A stretch of DNA of 64,000 bases from an uncultured beta proteobacterium (GCA_903905655.1 CAIVHG010000036.1:10142-74141); one strand, 5' to 3'. Shown: positions 54,849 to 63,784, numbered from the stretch's first letter. Notes: a model not told the origin generated them from the sequence alone. Numbers and translations are program-made.

Positions 54849-55304
54849 ATGGCATTGAAAATCCGCAACGTGCAAGACTTCCGTTCGGGCTTGATGTTCA
54901 TGATTTTGGGTGCGGCGTTTGGACTGGGCGCGCTCAAATATTCAATGGGCAGCGCAAGCCGAATGGGCCCCGGATATTTTCCGACGATCCTGGGATGGCT
55001 GACTGTCATCCTGGGCATCGTCATTTTCATCGAGGCCTTCAAAATCGAGAAGGACCGTCCTACGGCGCCAGCGTGGCGGCCCTTGCTAGGGGTGCTGGGC
55101 GGAGTGAGTGCATTTGCCTATCTGGTCGACACTGGGGGGCTGATCTCAGCGGTGATCGCGTGTGTCATGCTGTCCGCAATCGGCGGGCCAGACTTCAGGC
55201 TTAAGGAATCGCTCATATCGTCGGCGGTGCTGTCCGTCACGGTGTGGGCGATCTTCGACCTCGCCTTGGGATTGCCATTCAGGCTGTTTCCGTGGTCGTA
55301 CTAA
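54849..55304 (+). CDS. tctB: tripartite tricarboxylate transporter small membrane subunit TctB
   Basis: 151 aa, four hydrophobic helices, immediately upstream of tctA. Confidence 0.75.
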   Translation: MALKIRNVQDFRSGLMFMILGAAFGLGALKYSMGSASRMGPGYFPTILGWLTVILGIVIFIEAFKIEKDRPTAPAWRPLLGVLGGVSAFAYLVDTGGLISAVIACVMLSAIGGPDFRLKESLISSAVLSVTVWAIFDLALGLPFRLFPWSY

Positions 55305-55341
55305 CCGCGCTTAATCGACAGAAAACCAAGGGAGTACGCGA

Positions 55342-56853
55342 ATGGAACTAGTCCACAATTTAGTCCTCGGGTTCACGGTAGCACTCAGCTTGCAGAACCT
55401 GATGTATTGCTTCATCGGCTGTTTTCTTGGAACGGTGATCGGCGTTCTGCCGGGCATCGGCCCGGTGGCGACCATCGCCATGTTGCTGCCGATCACGTTC
55501 AACCTGCCGCCGGTACCAGCGCTCATCATGCTCGCCGGCATCTACTATGGCGCAAGCTACGGCGGTTCGACGACCGCGATATTGGTCAATCTGCCTGGAG
55601 AGTCTTCCTCGGTGGTGACGTGTATCGACGGCTACCAGATGGGCCGCCAGGGGCGAGCAGGGCCAGCGCTAGCGATTGCGGCGATCGGCTCGTTCTTTGC
55701 GGGCTGTATCGGCACGCTGCTGATTGGTGTGTTCGGCCCGCCGCTCGCGGAGATCGCGTTCAAGTTCGGCGCCCCTGAATATTTCTCCATGATGTTCTTG
55801 GGCCTGATCTCCGCCGTCGTGCTGGCGCACGGTTCGCTGGTCAAGGCGGTATGCATGGTGCTGATGGGCTTGCTGCTGGGAATCGTCGGCACGGACGTCA
55901 ATTCGGGCGTCTCGCGCTACGCCTTCGGCGTTTCCGCGCTGTCGGACGGCATCGGCTTCGTGTCGGTGGCGATGGGCATGTTCGGCTTCGGCGAGATCAT
56001 CGCTAACCTCGAAGAAAACGAAGAAATGCGCGAGGTCAACACTTCCAACGTATCACACCTGTTCCCGACTTGGGCCGACCTCAAGATGTCGTGGGGGCCG
56101 ATCATGCGCGCCACAGTGATCGGAACCATTTTCGGGATACTGCCCGGAGCGCACACCGTCATATCGTCGTTCACTTCTTATACGTACGAGAAAAAGATGG
56201 CAGACGATCCTTCGCGCTTCGGCCATGGCGCAATCGAGGGCGTCGCTGGTCCGGAGGCTGCCAATAACGCAGCGGCACAGACCTCGTTCATTCCCCTGCT
56301 GACGCTGGGAATTCCGACCGGCGCGACGATGGCGTTGATGATCGGCGCGATGACGATCCAGGGCATCGCCCCCGGACCGCAGGTGATGACGCAACGGCCG
56401 GACCTGTTCTGGGGCATGATCGCCTCGATGTGGGTTGGGAACTTCATGCTGGTGATCCTGAACCTGCCGCTGATCGGCATGTGGGTCCAGTTCCTGAAAA
56501 TCCCGTATCGCATCTTCTATCCGGGCATCGTGCTCTTCTGCTGCATCGGCGCATACAGCGTGAACAACAGCCCTGCCGAAGTCTATCTGGCTGCGGCGTT
56601 CGGATTCTTCGGTTACTTTTCGGACAAGTGGGAGTGCGAACCCGGACCACTGCTGCTCGGTTTCGTGTTGGGACCGCTAATGGAGGAAAACCTGCGGCGC
56701 GCCATGCTGATTTCGCGCGGCGATCCCATCGTGTTCTTCACGCGGCCAATCAGTCTCGGCATGTTGATTGCAGCCGCCATGCTGCTCACGGTCATCGTGC
56801 TGCCGCAACTGCGCAAGAAGAAGGAAGAGGCCATATACGAGAGCGCGGATTAG
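55342..56853 (+). CDS. tctA: tripartite tricarboxylate transporter large membrane subunit TctA
   Basis: 503 aa polytopic permease. TctA-family N-terminus (GVLPGIGPVATIAMLLP...YYGASYGGSTTAILVNLPGE). Confidence 0.9.
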   Translation: MELVHNLVLGFTVALSLQNLMYCFIGCFLGTVIGVLPGIGPVATIAMLLPITFNLPPVPALIMLAGIYYGASYGGSTTAILVNLPGESSSVVTCIDGYQMGRQGRAGPALAIAAIGSFFAGCIGTLLIGVFGPPLAEIAFKFGAPEYFSMMFLGLISAVVLAHGSLVKAVCMVLMGLLLGIVGTDVNSGVSRYAFGVSALSDGIGFVSVAMGMFGFGEIIANLEENEEMREVNTSNVSHLFPTWADLKMSWGPIMRATVIGTIFGILPGAHTVISSFTSYTYEKKMADDPSRFGHGAIEGVAGPEAANNAAAQTSFIPLLTLGIPTGATMALMIGAMTIQGIAPGPQVMTQRPDLFWGMIASMWVGNFMLVILNLPLIGMWVQFLKIPYRIFYPGIVLFCCIGAYSVNNSPAEVYLAAAFGFFGYFSDKWECEPGPLLLGFVLGPLMEENLRRAMLISRGDPIVFFTRPISLGMLIAAAMLLTVIVLPQLRKKKEEAIYESAD

Positions 56854-56885
56854 CTGAGGCGCTATTCAGAGACAGCTGCAAAATT

Positions 56886-56913
56886 GCCCCGGACGAGTTC
56901 CGGGGCTTTTTTT
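56886..56913 (+). terminator. rho-independent terminator after tctA (hairpin also usable from the minus strand)
   Basis: GCCCCGGA-cgagt-TCCGGGGC followed by T7. Lies between convergent tctA and the 228-aa gene; the minus-strand reading ends in AATTTT. Confidence 0.8.
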
Positions 56914-56940
56914 GTACAGCCGCGCGGCGCGACCTCTCCG

Positions 56941-57627
56941 CTACTCTCCTACCTCGAGTCCAGTCATGCGCCAGCGCGTCCCGATGCGGCGGAAGCAGGC
57001 GCGATACTCGAGCGGGCTGCGGATTTGCTCATCCGGCACGTAGCCGCTGATGTTGTCTCTCCGGACCTGCACCCATTTTTGTGTCGTCTCTGCGCTTTCG
57101 TCGGCCACTTCCCAGTCGAGCACGCCCACCAGATCGTAGCCCAGCGTTTGGAGGGTCTGCGACTGCGCGCTGGGCCGTGACTTGAGCAGCACGTCCTGGG
57201 CGGTGACGGCGCCAGCAGCCTCCGCGGGCGCATCCTCGGGCCATTTGTAATAGACATAGGGCGCGCAGTACTCAGCCGGTGCGCGCTCTTCTTTCACGAG
57301 CACGCTGCCCAGGAACAGTATCTTGCGCAATTCGATCCACAACGGACTTTCCTTCGCCTGCGGCTGCCACAGCTTGTTGAATTCGGCGCTGCCCCGGATT
57401 TCAGTGGTATTGCGTATTTGCGGGTCCACGATGGAGAGGATAAATTTCGAATCCCGCCGCGCCAAGGCGGCGAGCAGGCGCGCCTTGAAACTGGCCCAAG
57501 TGGAATCGGCAGCCGGCGCCTCGTCGACCGGCGGCAGCGTCAGTGTCTGCGCAGCGAGCTGCGCGCTGGCACAGAGGCAGGCTGCTACCGCGGCGGCACG
57601 CGCTATTCTAGAAATGCTTTTCATCAT
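56941..57627 (-). CDS. hypothetical secreted protein with a C-terminal SH3b-like region
   Basis: 228 aa. Signal peptide MMKSISRIARAAAVAACLCASAQLAAQ. The C-terminal segment VTAQDVLLKSRPS...WVQVRRDNISGYVPDEQI resembles bacterial SH3. Overlaps the EamA gene end by 20 nt. Confidence 0.6.
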   Translation of the reverse strand: MMKSISRIARAAAVAACLCASAQLAAQTLTLPPVDEAPAADSTWASFKARLLAALARRDSKFILSIVDPQIRNTTEIRGSAEFNKLWQPQAKESPLWIELRKILFLGSVLVKEERAPAEYCAPYVYYKWPEDAPAEAAGAVTAQDVLLKSRPSAQSQTLQTLGYDLVGVLDWEVADESAETTQKWVQVRRDNISGYVPDEQIRSPLEYRACFRRIGTRWRMTGLEVGE

Positions 57628-58582
57628 GCTCCTCAGTCTCAGTATATGCCGCGCGGTGCACGAACGCGATGCCGAGCAGCACGGTCGCGCCTCCGGCCAT
57701 CTGCACGAGACTCACTGATTCGCCGAGCCATGCCCACGCGAAGATAGCAGCGGCAACTGGTTGCATGAGCAGTCCCACCGAGGAAAACGTCGTGGGCAAA
57801 TGCGCCATGGCATAAGCGATCAGGCTCTGACCTGCGACCTGCGATATCAGCGCAAGCGCCGCGAGCGTGAGCCAGCCGCCGCTGCTCACCGGCAGCAACT
57901 GCTCGTGTGCAAGCAGCGCAACCGGCAGCAGCAGCGCAGCGCTCACGAGGCCTGTCCATGCCATGAGTGCCGAGGTTGCAATCGACGAGCGCAGCCGCGT
58001 AACCGTGATCTGATAGCCGGCATAGAACACCGCGGTTACCAGGGCCAGCGCGTCGCCCAGCACAGCCTTCGAGGTCACTGCGAAGTCGCCACCGATCAGC
58101 ACACACATTCCGGCGACCGCGAGGGCGAGCCCGCCCATGAATCTGCTGCTCACTGACTCGCGCAGCCAGAGCCATGCGGCGAGGGTCACGAAGACGGGCG
58201 CCAGATTGACGAGCAGAGTCGAATTCGCGATCGAGGTGAGCAGGATGGACCAGTGCCAGACAGCAAGATCGGCGGCGAAGAAGGCGCCTGCTGCGACGAG
58301 GAGCCGCCACTGTGCCCGGTAGCTTGCAGCATGACGCGCGCGGCTCCCGGCGAGCGACCATGTCCACAGGAAAGGCAGCGCGATGCAGATGCGCCAGAAC
58401 GCAGTTGCCACGGGGCCGGTTTCTGAGACCTTGACGAACAGCGCCGAGCTGCCGATCGCGATCGCACCCAGCATCAGTGCGCACAAGGCGAGCAGATTCT
58501 TCCGGTGCGGATTAAACGGGGTTGGAGGCGACAAACGCTGGTGGCGGGAGGCGCTGCTGAACCGGGTCATGACATCATTCAA
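57608..58582 (-). CDS. EamA/DMT-family transporter
   Basis: 324 aa, about 10 TM helices arranged as two EamA-like repeats. Confidence 0.8.
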   Translation of the reverse strand: MNDVMTRFSSASRHQRLSPPTPFNPHRKNLLALCALMLGAIAIGSSALFVKVSETGPVATAFWRICIALPFLWTWSLAGSRARHAASYRAQWRLLVAAGAFFAADLAVWHWSILLTSIANSTLLVNLAPVFVTLAAWLWLRESVSSRFMGGLALAVAGMCVLIGGDFAVTSKAVLGDALALVTAVFYAGYQITVTRLRSSIATSALMAWTGLVSAALLLPVALLAHEQLLPVSSGGWLTLAALALISQVAGQSLIAYAMAHLPTTFSSVGLLMQPVAAAIFAWAWLGESVSLVQMAGGATVLLGIAFVHRAAYTETEEHDEKHF

Positions 58583-58605
58583 AGGTGCCGGCGCGCAGCC
58601 GCGCT

Positions 58606-58914
58606 TCAGACTTCCTTGGTATCGAAGATGTACAGGTCCACGCCGGCCTGCGCGAAGTTGGCAAGATCGGCTGCTGCCGCTTGGCCTTCCGGTGAGGCGA
58701 GCGCCTGCTGGAGCGCACCCATGCTGTCGAAGGTGATGATCGCGGCGAGGTGCACTGCCGACTCTCCCTGCAAACCTGCGACCGGGCCGGCGTTCACTTC
58801 GTAGCAGCGCACGCCGGCGATCTTCTTGGCGAGCGGCACATGCGTGGAAAAGTAATAACGATCGAAAGCATTTGCATCGGCGGGCTTCCTGTACAGTGCG
58901 ACGAGCTTGGCCAT
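58606..58914 (-). CDS. EthD-family protein (small dimeric alpha/beta barrel, function unknown)
   Basis: Start placed at ATG 58914 (MAKLVALYRKPADANAFDRYYFSTHVPLAKK...), preceded by GGAGAGG. This gives 102 aa, the typical EthD size. The ORF-track start at 59133 adds 73 Arg/Pro-rich residues. Confidence 0.7.
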   Translation of the reverse strand: MAKLVALYRKPADANAFDRYYFSTHVPLAKKIAGVRCYEVNAGPVAGLQGESAVHLAAIITFDSMGALQQALASPEGQAAAADLANFAQAGVDLYIFDTKEV

Positions 58915-58934
58915 ATCCTCTCCTGAAAAGTCAG

Positions 58935-58950
58935 CAGCGCATATGCGCTG
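58935..58950. promoter_or_regulatory. perfect 16-bp palindrome CAGCGCATATGCGCTG upstream of the EthD gene
   Basis: Read directly, 21 nt upstream of the EthD ATG in the 307-bp divergent spacer shared with purE. Operator role is inferred only. Confidence 0.3.
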
Positions 58951-59221
58951 GCGGGACCGCGGCGTGCTTACGCGCCGGCTTCGCGCGAACGCTCTGCCAT
59001 TTTGCACGACCCACGCCATCTCATCCAGTCTGCTGAGTGCAGGCCGCCACCGGCGCGGGGCGAATGGCCCTACTGATAGGTCGTGATTCCGCGCGGTCAG
59101 GCGCAGCTCGGGGGGAGGCGGCTCAGCTGACATCTCCGCCGCGGCTCCCGCGTGCGTGCAATGCGTACCGTTCGCGCGGATGCGCTAAAATGGCGCCTTC
59201 AAAAAGGCGGAGATTACGCAA

Positions 59222-59716
59222 GTGAAAAAGGCAATGGTCGGTGTAGTCATGGGCAGCCAAAGCGACTGGGATGTCATGCAGCATGCGGCGCGGCAACTCG
59301 CGGATTTCGGCGTGTCATATGAGGCGCGCGCGCTGTCGGCGCATCGCACCCCGGCGCTGCTCGCCGAGTGGATCGCGGATCTCGAACGCGGAGGAGTGCG
59401 CTGCTTCATCGCGGGTGCCGGCGGCGCGGCGCACCTGGCGGGCGTGGTCGCCGCGCAAACGCAATTGCCGGTGCTGGGCGTGCCCATGCCCTCCAAGCAC
59501 TTGCAAGGGCTGGACTCGCTGCTCTCGATTGTGCAAATGCCCAAAGGCATCCCGGTCGCGACGTTTGCGATCGGAGAGGCAGGTGCCGCAAATGCCGGAT
59601 TGTTCGCGGTGGCGATGCTCGCTTTGCAGGACCGTGCGCTGGCGAAAAAGCTCAAGGCCTTTCGCGCCAAACAATCGAAGGCAGTACAGGCCGTCAAGCT
59701 GCCGGCGCTGAAATAG
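59222..59716 (+). CDS. purE: 5-(carboxyamino)imidazole ribonucleotide mutase
   Basis: 164 aa. [23 protein letters not shown](V)VAA motifs. GTG start at 59222 (ATG 4 codons downstream is also possible). Confidence 0.95.
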   Translation: MKKAMVGVVMGSQSDWDVMQHAARQLADFGVSYEARALSAHRTPALLAEWIADLERGGVRCFIAGAGGAAHLAGVVAAQTQLPVLGVPMPSKHLQGLDSLLSIVQMPKGIPVATFAIGEAGAANAGLFAVAMLALQDRALAKKLKAFRAKQSKAVQAVKLPALK

Positions 59717-59753
59717 CCAAGCGCCCACTATAACCATCCTGAGGGAATGCAAA

Positions 59754-60626
59754 TTGTACGAATCCTCCTTGAAGAGCCTCAAGTTCCTGCACCGTGGCAA
59801 GGTGCGCGATATCTACGCCGTCGGCGAAGATAAGCTGCTGGTGATCCAGACTGACCGGCTGTCGGCCTTCGACGTGATCCTGTCGGATCCCATTCCGGGC
59901 AAGGGCCAGGTGCTCACGGAAATGTCGTACTTCTGGTTCGACAAGCTCGGGCATGTGATCCCGAATCACCTGACTGGCGTTGCCCCGGAGTCAGTGGTGG
60001 CTCCAGGCGAACGCGATCAGGTCGCAGGCCGCGCGATGGTAGTGCGCCGCCTGCAGCCGCTCATGATCGAAGCGGTGGTGCGCGGCTACATCATCGGCTC
60101 TGGCTGGAGCGATTATCAGAAGACTGGAGCGGTCTGCGGCATCAAGCTGCCGGCCGGGCTCGAGCAGGCGGCGAAGCTGCCTGAGCCGATCTTCACGCCG
60201 GCCACCAAGGCGCCGGCCGGCGAGCACGACGAGAACATCTCCTATGAGGAAGCGGCCAAAATCGTCGGCGCCGAGCTCGCCGCCAAAGTGCGCGCAGCGT
60301 CGATCCAGCTCTACAGCGAAGCGACGGCCTACGCGCTCACCAAGGGCATCGTCATCGCCGATACCAAGTTCGAGTTTGGCGTCGATGGCGCGGGCAAGCT
60401 CTACCTGATCGACGAAATTCTCACGCCGGACTCTTCGCGTTTCTGGCCCGCCGCCTCCTATCGCACCGGCATCAGCCCGCCATCGTTCGACAAGCAGTTC
60501 GTGCGCGATTGGTTGGAAGCGCAGCCGTGGAACAAGCAGCATCCGGCGCCACGCCTGCCCGCCGAAATCATCGCGAAGACCACTGAGAAATATCGCGAGG
60601 CGCTCAAGCTGCTGACCAGCGCTTGA
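59754..60626 (+). CDS. purC: phosphoribosylaminoimidazole-succinocarboxamide synthase
   Basis: 290 aa. HRGKVRDIY...[11 protein letters not shown] pattern of long-type PurC. TTG start 7 nt after GAGGGA. Confidence 0.93.
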   Translation: MYESSLKSLKFLHRGKVRDIYAVGEDKLLVIQTDRLSAFDVILSDPIPGKGQVLTEMSYFWFDKLGHVIPNHLTGVAPESVVAPGERDQVAGRAMVVRRLQPLMIEAVVRGYIIGSGWSDYQKTGAVCGIKLPAGLEQAAKLPEPIFTPATKAPAGEHDENISYEEAAKIVGAELAAKVRAASIQLYSEATAYALTKGIVIADTKFEFGVDGAGKLYLIDEILTPDSSRFWPAASYRTGISPPSFDKQFVRDWLEAQPWNKQHPAPRLPAEIIAKTTEKYREALKLLTSA

Positions 60627-60674
60627 AGCGAACGATCGCAGCGCCTCGACAGCTACCAGCGGTTCTGCAACGCC

Positions 60675-61643
60675 ATGGATGAGCAGGAGATCGCACGCGC
60701 CGTCGCGGTGCTGGGGCGTGGCGGGCTGGTCGCATTTCCGACGGAAACCGTTTACGGACTGGGAGCAGACGCCGGCAATCCTGCGGCGATCGCCAAGCTC
60801 TATGCGCTCAAAGGCAGGCCTGCGGGCCATCCAGTCATCGTTCATCTGTGGGATGCCGACGAGGTGACGCGCTGGGCGCGCGACGTGACGGCCTGCGCCC
60901 ATAGACTCATGAACGAATTCTGGCCGGGGCCGCTCACGCTCATCATGCGCCGCGCCGCAAACGTCAGCGACGCAGTCACGGGCGGCCAGGATACCGTCGG
61001 CCTGCGCGTTCCTGCGCATCCAGTGGCGCGCGCCCTGCTCAAAGCATTCGGCGGCGGTATCGCTGCGCCCTCTGCGAATCGCTTCGGTCGCGTGAGTGCG
61101 ACGACGGCAGAGCACGTGCGGCAGGAGTTCGGCGACGCCGTCGATCTCGTCATCGATGGCGGGCAGACCGAGGTCGGCATCGAATCTACGATCCTGGACG
61201 TCACGACCGAACAGCCGGTGCTGGTGCGTCCCGGGCATATTTCAGCGGCCGCGATCGAGCGCTGCGTGGGCGTAGTACCGCTCACGCCGGAAGCCTATGC
61301 GGGACGCGCATCGGGCACGCTCGCCGTGCACTATGCGCCAGATACGCTGCTGGTCATCGCGGCGGGCGCACTGCTGCACGAGCGCGTTGCAGAGCTTGCG
61401 CGCACCGGCAAACGCGTTGCGGTGCTCGCGCGGCAACCCACTGCCGCACTCGCGGCGGCAGCAACATGGATCACCGCGCCGGCTGACCCCGCGGGCTATG
61501 CGCACGAGCTTTACGCCAATCTGCGGGCCCTCGATCGCGCGCAGTGCGATGTGATCCTGCTCGAGCAGTTGCCGGCAAGCCCCGAATGGACCGCGATCAA
61601 TGATCGCATCCGTCGCGCTGCTGCGCGTGCAGAGAACGCCTGA
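60675..61643 (+). CDS. tsaC: L-threonylcarbamoyladenylate synthase (Sua5/YwlC long form)
   Basis: 322 aa. YrdC domain (GGLVAFPTETVYGLGADA, SANRFG) plus the Sua5 C-terminal domain. Confidence 0.88.
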   Translation: MDEQEIARAVAVLGRGGLVAFPTETVYGLGADAGNPAAIAKLYALKGRPAGHPVIVHLWDADEVTRWARDVTACAHRLMNEFWPGPLTLIMRRAANVSDAVTGGQDTVGLRVPAHPVARALLKAFGGGIAAPSANRFGRVSATTAEHVRQEFGDAVDLVIDGGQTEVGIESTILDVTTEQPVLVRPGHISAAAIERCVGVVPLTPEAYAGRASGTLAVHYAPDTLLVIAAGALLHERVAELARTGKRVAVLARQPTAALAAAATWITAPADPAGYAHELYANLRALDRAQCDVILLEQLPASPEWTAINDRIRRAAARAENA

Positions 61644-61655
61644 ACCGCGATCGGC

Positions 61656-62450
61656 TCAGAAAAACGCAATCAGCGTACGCGTCGCGAGCACCAACAGCAC
61701 TGCCACAAAGATCTTGCGCAACCGCGCGGTCGGCGTGCGATGCGAGACGCGCGCGCCGAGCGGTGCGGTGAGCATCGTTGCCAGCGCGACGCCGGCCAAG
61801 GCCGGCAGATAGACGAAGCCCACGCTGTATTGCGGCAGCGGAGCGCTCCAGCCGGTTGCAATATAGGCGCTGGTCGCGGCAAGCGCGATCGGAAATCCGA
61901 TCGCAGCGGAGGTGCCGATCGCATGGCGCATATCCACGTTACAGCGCACCATGTACGGCACCGTCAGCGCGGCGCCGCCGATCGCCGCGATACTCGATAA
62001 CGCACCTACTACAGCGCCTGCGACAAACAAGCCGCGGCGACCCGGCAAGGTGCGCGTCGCCACCGGCTTGGGTGTGATGAGAGTGCGGATCGCGACGAAA
62101 TATACAAAGCCGGTGAACGCCAGCGTCAACCAGCGTGTGTTCAGATGACTGGCGAGCAGCGAACCGGCCAGAGTGCCGAGGATGATTCCAGGCACCGCGT
62201 GGCGCAGAACATCCCAACGCACTGCGCCGTGCTGTTGGTGGCCATAGGTGCTGGCAGCCGACGTAAAGAGCATGACTGCGATGCCGGTGCCCAATGCCAT
62301 GTGCAGGACGTATTGCGGCGGGAATCCTTTGGCCGCAAAGATAAAGCCCAGCGTGGGCACGATCATCAGCCCGCCGCCGACGCCCAGCATGCCAGCCAGA
62401 AAGCCGACGACCGCGCCGACCAACGGATAGGCCCACCACAATTCAGTCAT
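61656..62450 (-). CDS. TauE/SafE-family (DUF81) anion exporter
   Basis: 264 aa, 7-8 TM helices. The motif GxxxGxLGxGGGxxxVP occurs at the N-terminus (GFLAGMLGVGGGLMIVP) and is repeated in the C-terminal half. Confidence 0.8.
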   Translation of the reverse strand: MTELWWAYPLVGAVVGFLAGMLGVGGGLMIVPTLGFIFAAKGFPPQYVLHMALGTGIAVMLFTSAASTYGHQQHGAVRWDVLRHAVPGIILGTLAGSLLASHLNTRWLTLAFTGFVYFVAIRTLITPKPVATRTLPGRRGLFVAGAVVGALSSIAAIGGAALTVPYMVRCNVDMRHAIGTSAAIGFPIALAATSAYIATGWSAPLPQYSVGFVYLPALAGVALATMLTAPLGARVSHRTPTARLRKIFVAVLLVLATRTLIAFF

Positions 62451-62489
62451 GTCCGCGCCCCGAACACTACCGTAGGCAGTGCATGTGGA

Positions 62490-62969
62490 TCAGTCGGCGT
62501 CGCGCGGCGCGCGCTGTGCGAGGCCCATGATGAATTCCCATTCCGCAGGCGCTACCGGCGTGATCGAGAGCCGGTTGCCACGTTGCAGCACCAGCATTTC
62601 CGCGAGTTCCGGACATGAACGCAGCTCGGTGAGCGGGACCAGCCGCGTTTTTTTGCTGAGCCGTACGTCGACATTGACCCAGCGCGGCTTCGCACGCGTG
62701 GATTTGGAATCGAAATACTTGCTCTTGTAATCGAACTGCGTCGCATCGGGGTAGGCGAGGCGCGCTACTTCTACGATGCCCGCGATGCCCGGCTCCTCGC
62801 AGCTCGAATGGTAGAAGAACGCCTGGTCGCCAAGCTGCATGTCGTCGCGCATGAAATTGCGAGCCTGATAATTGCGCACGCCGATCCACGGCGTCGTTTT
62901 CTTCGCGGCGCGCATCAGATCATCGATGCTGTATTCGGAGGGCTCTGATTTCATCAGCCAATAACGCAT
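62490..62969 (-). CDS. EVE (PUA-like) domain protein
   Basis: Start placed at ATG 62969 (MRYWLMKSEPSEYSIDDL...VRNYQARNFMRD...FFYHS), 159 aa. The ORF-track start at 63029 lies inside the upstream terminator hairpin. Confidence 0.8.
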   Translation of the reverse strand: MRYWLMKSEPSEYSIDDLMRAAKKTTPWIGVRNYQARNFMRDDMQLGDQAFFYHSSCEEPGIAGIVEVARLAYPDATQFDYKSKYFDSKSTRAKPRWVNVDVRLSKKTRLVPLTELRSCPELAEMLVLQRGNRLSITPVAPAEWEFIMGLAQRAPRDAD

Positions 62970-63002
62970 TGGTAGTTTCCACTGTGTAACGCGGTCAGGT
63001 AT

Positions 63003-63029
63003 CAAAAAAAATGCGGCGCGGGGCCGCAT
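63003..63029 (-). terminator. rho-independent terminator (minus strand) ending the 6S-like RNA / zapA transcript
   Basis: Minus strand reads ATGCGGC-cccgc-GCCGCAT followed by T8. Confidence 0.8.
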
Positions 63030-63035
63030 TCTTCA

Positions 63036-63240
63036 CGCCTGATCGCAACAGGCTGAGGAGGGTCCCCCGCAAATGCCGTTGGGCCTTAGCTCTTGAACCA
63101 GAGGTCCAAGTGGTCGCTTTCCGGGCACATCAGGCGCTTCCTTGACGGATGCGCACAACAGTACCGCTATGGGCCGCAACCAGCTAAAAAATATTGGTTC
63201 AAAGAAATAATAGCCCTGACGCACACCGCAGGGGGTTAAC
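63036..63240 (-). ncRNA. ssrS: candidate 6S RNA (ends approximate; paired core about 63064-63235)
   Basis: Non-coding DNA directly downstream of zapA, the classical ssrS position. A long irregular helix is visible: CCCCC 63235-63231 pairs with GGGGG 63068-63064, GGGC 63216-63213 with GCCC 63084-63081, and UUGAACCA 63202-63195 with UGGUUCAA 63100-63093. These enclose about 95 nt of interior sequence. Core is about 172 nt. An intrinsic terminator follows. Confidence 0.6.
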
Positions 63241-63246
63241 CTGCGC

Positions 63247-63270
63247 CCGGTCGGCTCGCGTGCCGACCGG
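63247..63270 (-). other. perfect 9-bp hairpin abutting the zapA stop codon
   Basis: CCGGTCGGC-6 nt-GCCGACCGG with no U-tract. Sits between the zapA stop (63271) and the 5' arm of the 6S-like element. Confidence 0.4.
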
Positions 63271-63579
63271 CTAAAACAATTTTTCCTGATTGGCGAACGC
63301 CTCGTCCAGCGTCGCCTCGATCTTGGCCATTCTACGCTTAAATTCGGACACATCAAGGTTGCCGAGGCGGGTGGTCAGGAACTCATGCGCCATGTTCAGT
63401 GCGGCCATGATGGCGATGCGGTCGAGGCCGGTGACCTTCCCCTGATCCTTGATATCTTGCATTTTGTGATTGAGATAATCGACGGCATGGAGCAGCGCTT
63501 TTTCCTCGCCCGGCGGGCACGCGATGCGAAACTCGCGCCCCATGATGTTGACCAGCAGCCCCGTGCTCTCCGCGTTCAT
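63271..63579 (-). CDS. zapA: cell division protein ZapA
   Basis: 102 aa. IMGREFRIACPPGEEKALLHAVDYLNHKMQDIK...IAIMAALNMAHEF is colinear with ZapA. Confidence 0.9.
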   Translation of the reverse strand: MNAESTGLLVNIMGREFRIACPPGEEKALLHAVDYLNHKMQDIKDQGKVTGLDRIAIMAALNMAHEFLTTRLGNLDVSEFKRRMAKIEATLDEAFANQEKLF

Positions 63580-63776
63580 GCTTCCTCTTCCGGCATCTGG
63601 GTGAGCAGCGACTCGATGCGCGCTTTTGCAGCGTTGATTTTTCCAACGAGCTGCTTGTTTTCGCTTTCCGCCGCGACCAATTGCTGGCGCAATGCGTGAT
63701 TGTCCAGACGCAGTCGCTTACACAGGGCAACGAAGTCGTTTACTTTGCTTTCCAGCGACTTGAGGGAGGCATCCAT
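63576..63776 (-). CDS. small coiled-coil protein, ZapB-like, translationally coupled to zapA
   Basis: 66 aa heptad-rich sequence (LESKVNDFVALCKRLRLDNHALRQQLVAAESENKQLVGKINAAKARIESLL). Its stop overlaps the zapA start (ATGA). Confidence 0.65.
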   Translation of the reverse strand: MDASLKSLESKVNDFVALCKRLRLDNHALRQQLVAAESENKQLVGKINAAKARIESLLTQMPEEEA

Positions 63777-63784
63777 GAGGCCAT

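Noticed and set aside
59079-59145. Possible ZTP (pfl) riboswitch upstream of purE: GGTCGTGA at 59079-59086 and CCGCCGCGGC at 59136-59145 resemble the conserved GGGUCGUGA... and ...CCGCCUGGGC segments
   Set aside because: Only these two short strings match. I cannot find the P1 closing strand (CGACC), the P2 hairpin (GGUGG..CCACC) or the correct pseudoknot register. The 3' element has 2 mismatches in the most conserved positions. A cmsearch with RF01750 would settle it; I expect no hit.
59991-61238. 415-aa minus-strand ORF spanning purC, the purC-tsaC spacer and half of tsaC
   Set aside because: It has the same high-GC antisense signature (Arg/Asp/Ala/Gly-rich, low complexity). Both sense genes are well supported. 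Crossing a 48-bp GC-rich spacer without a stop is not evidence of coding.
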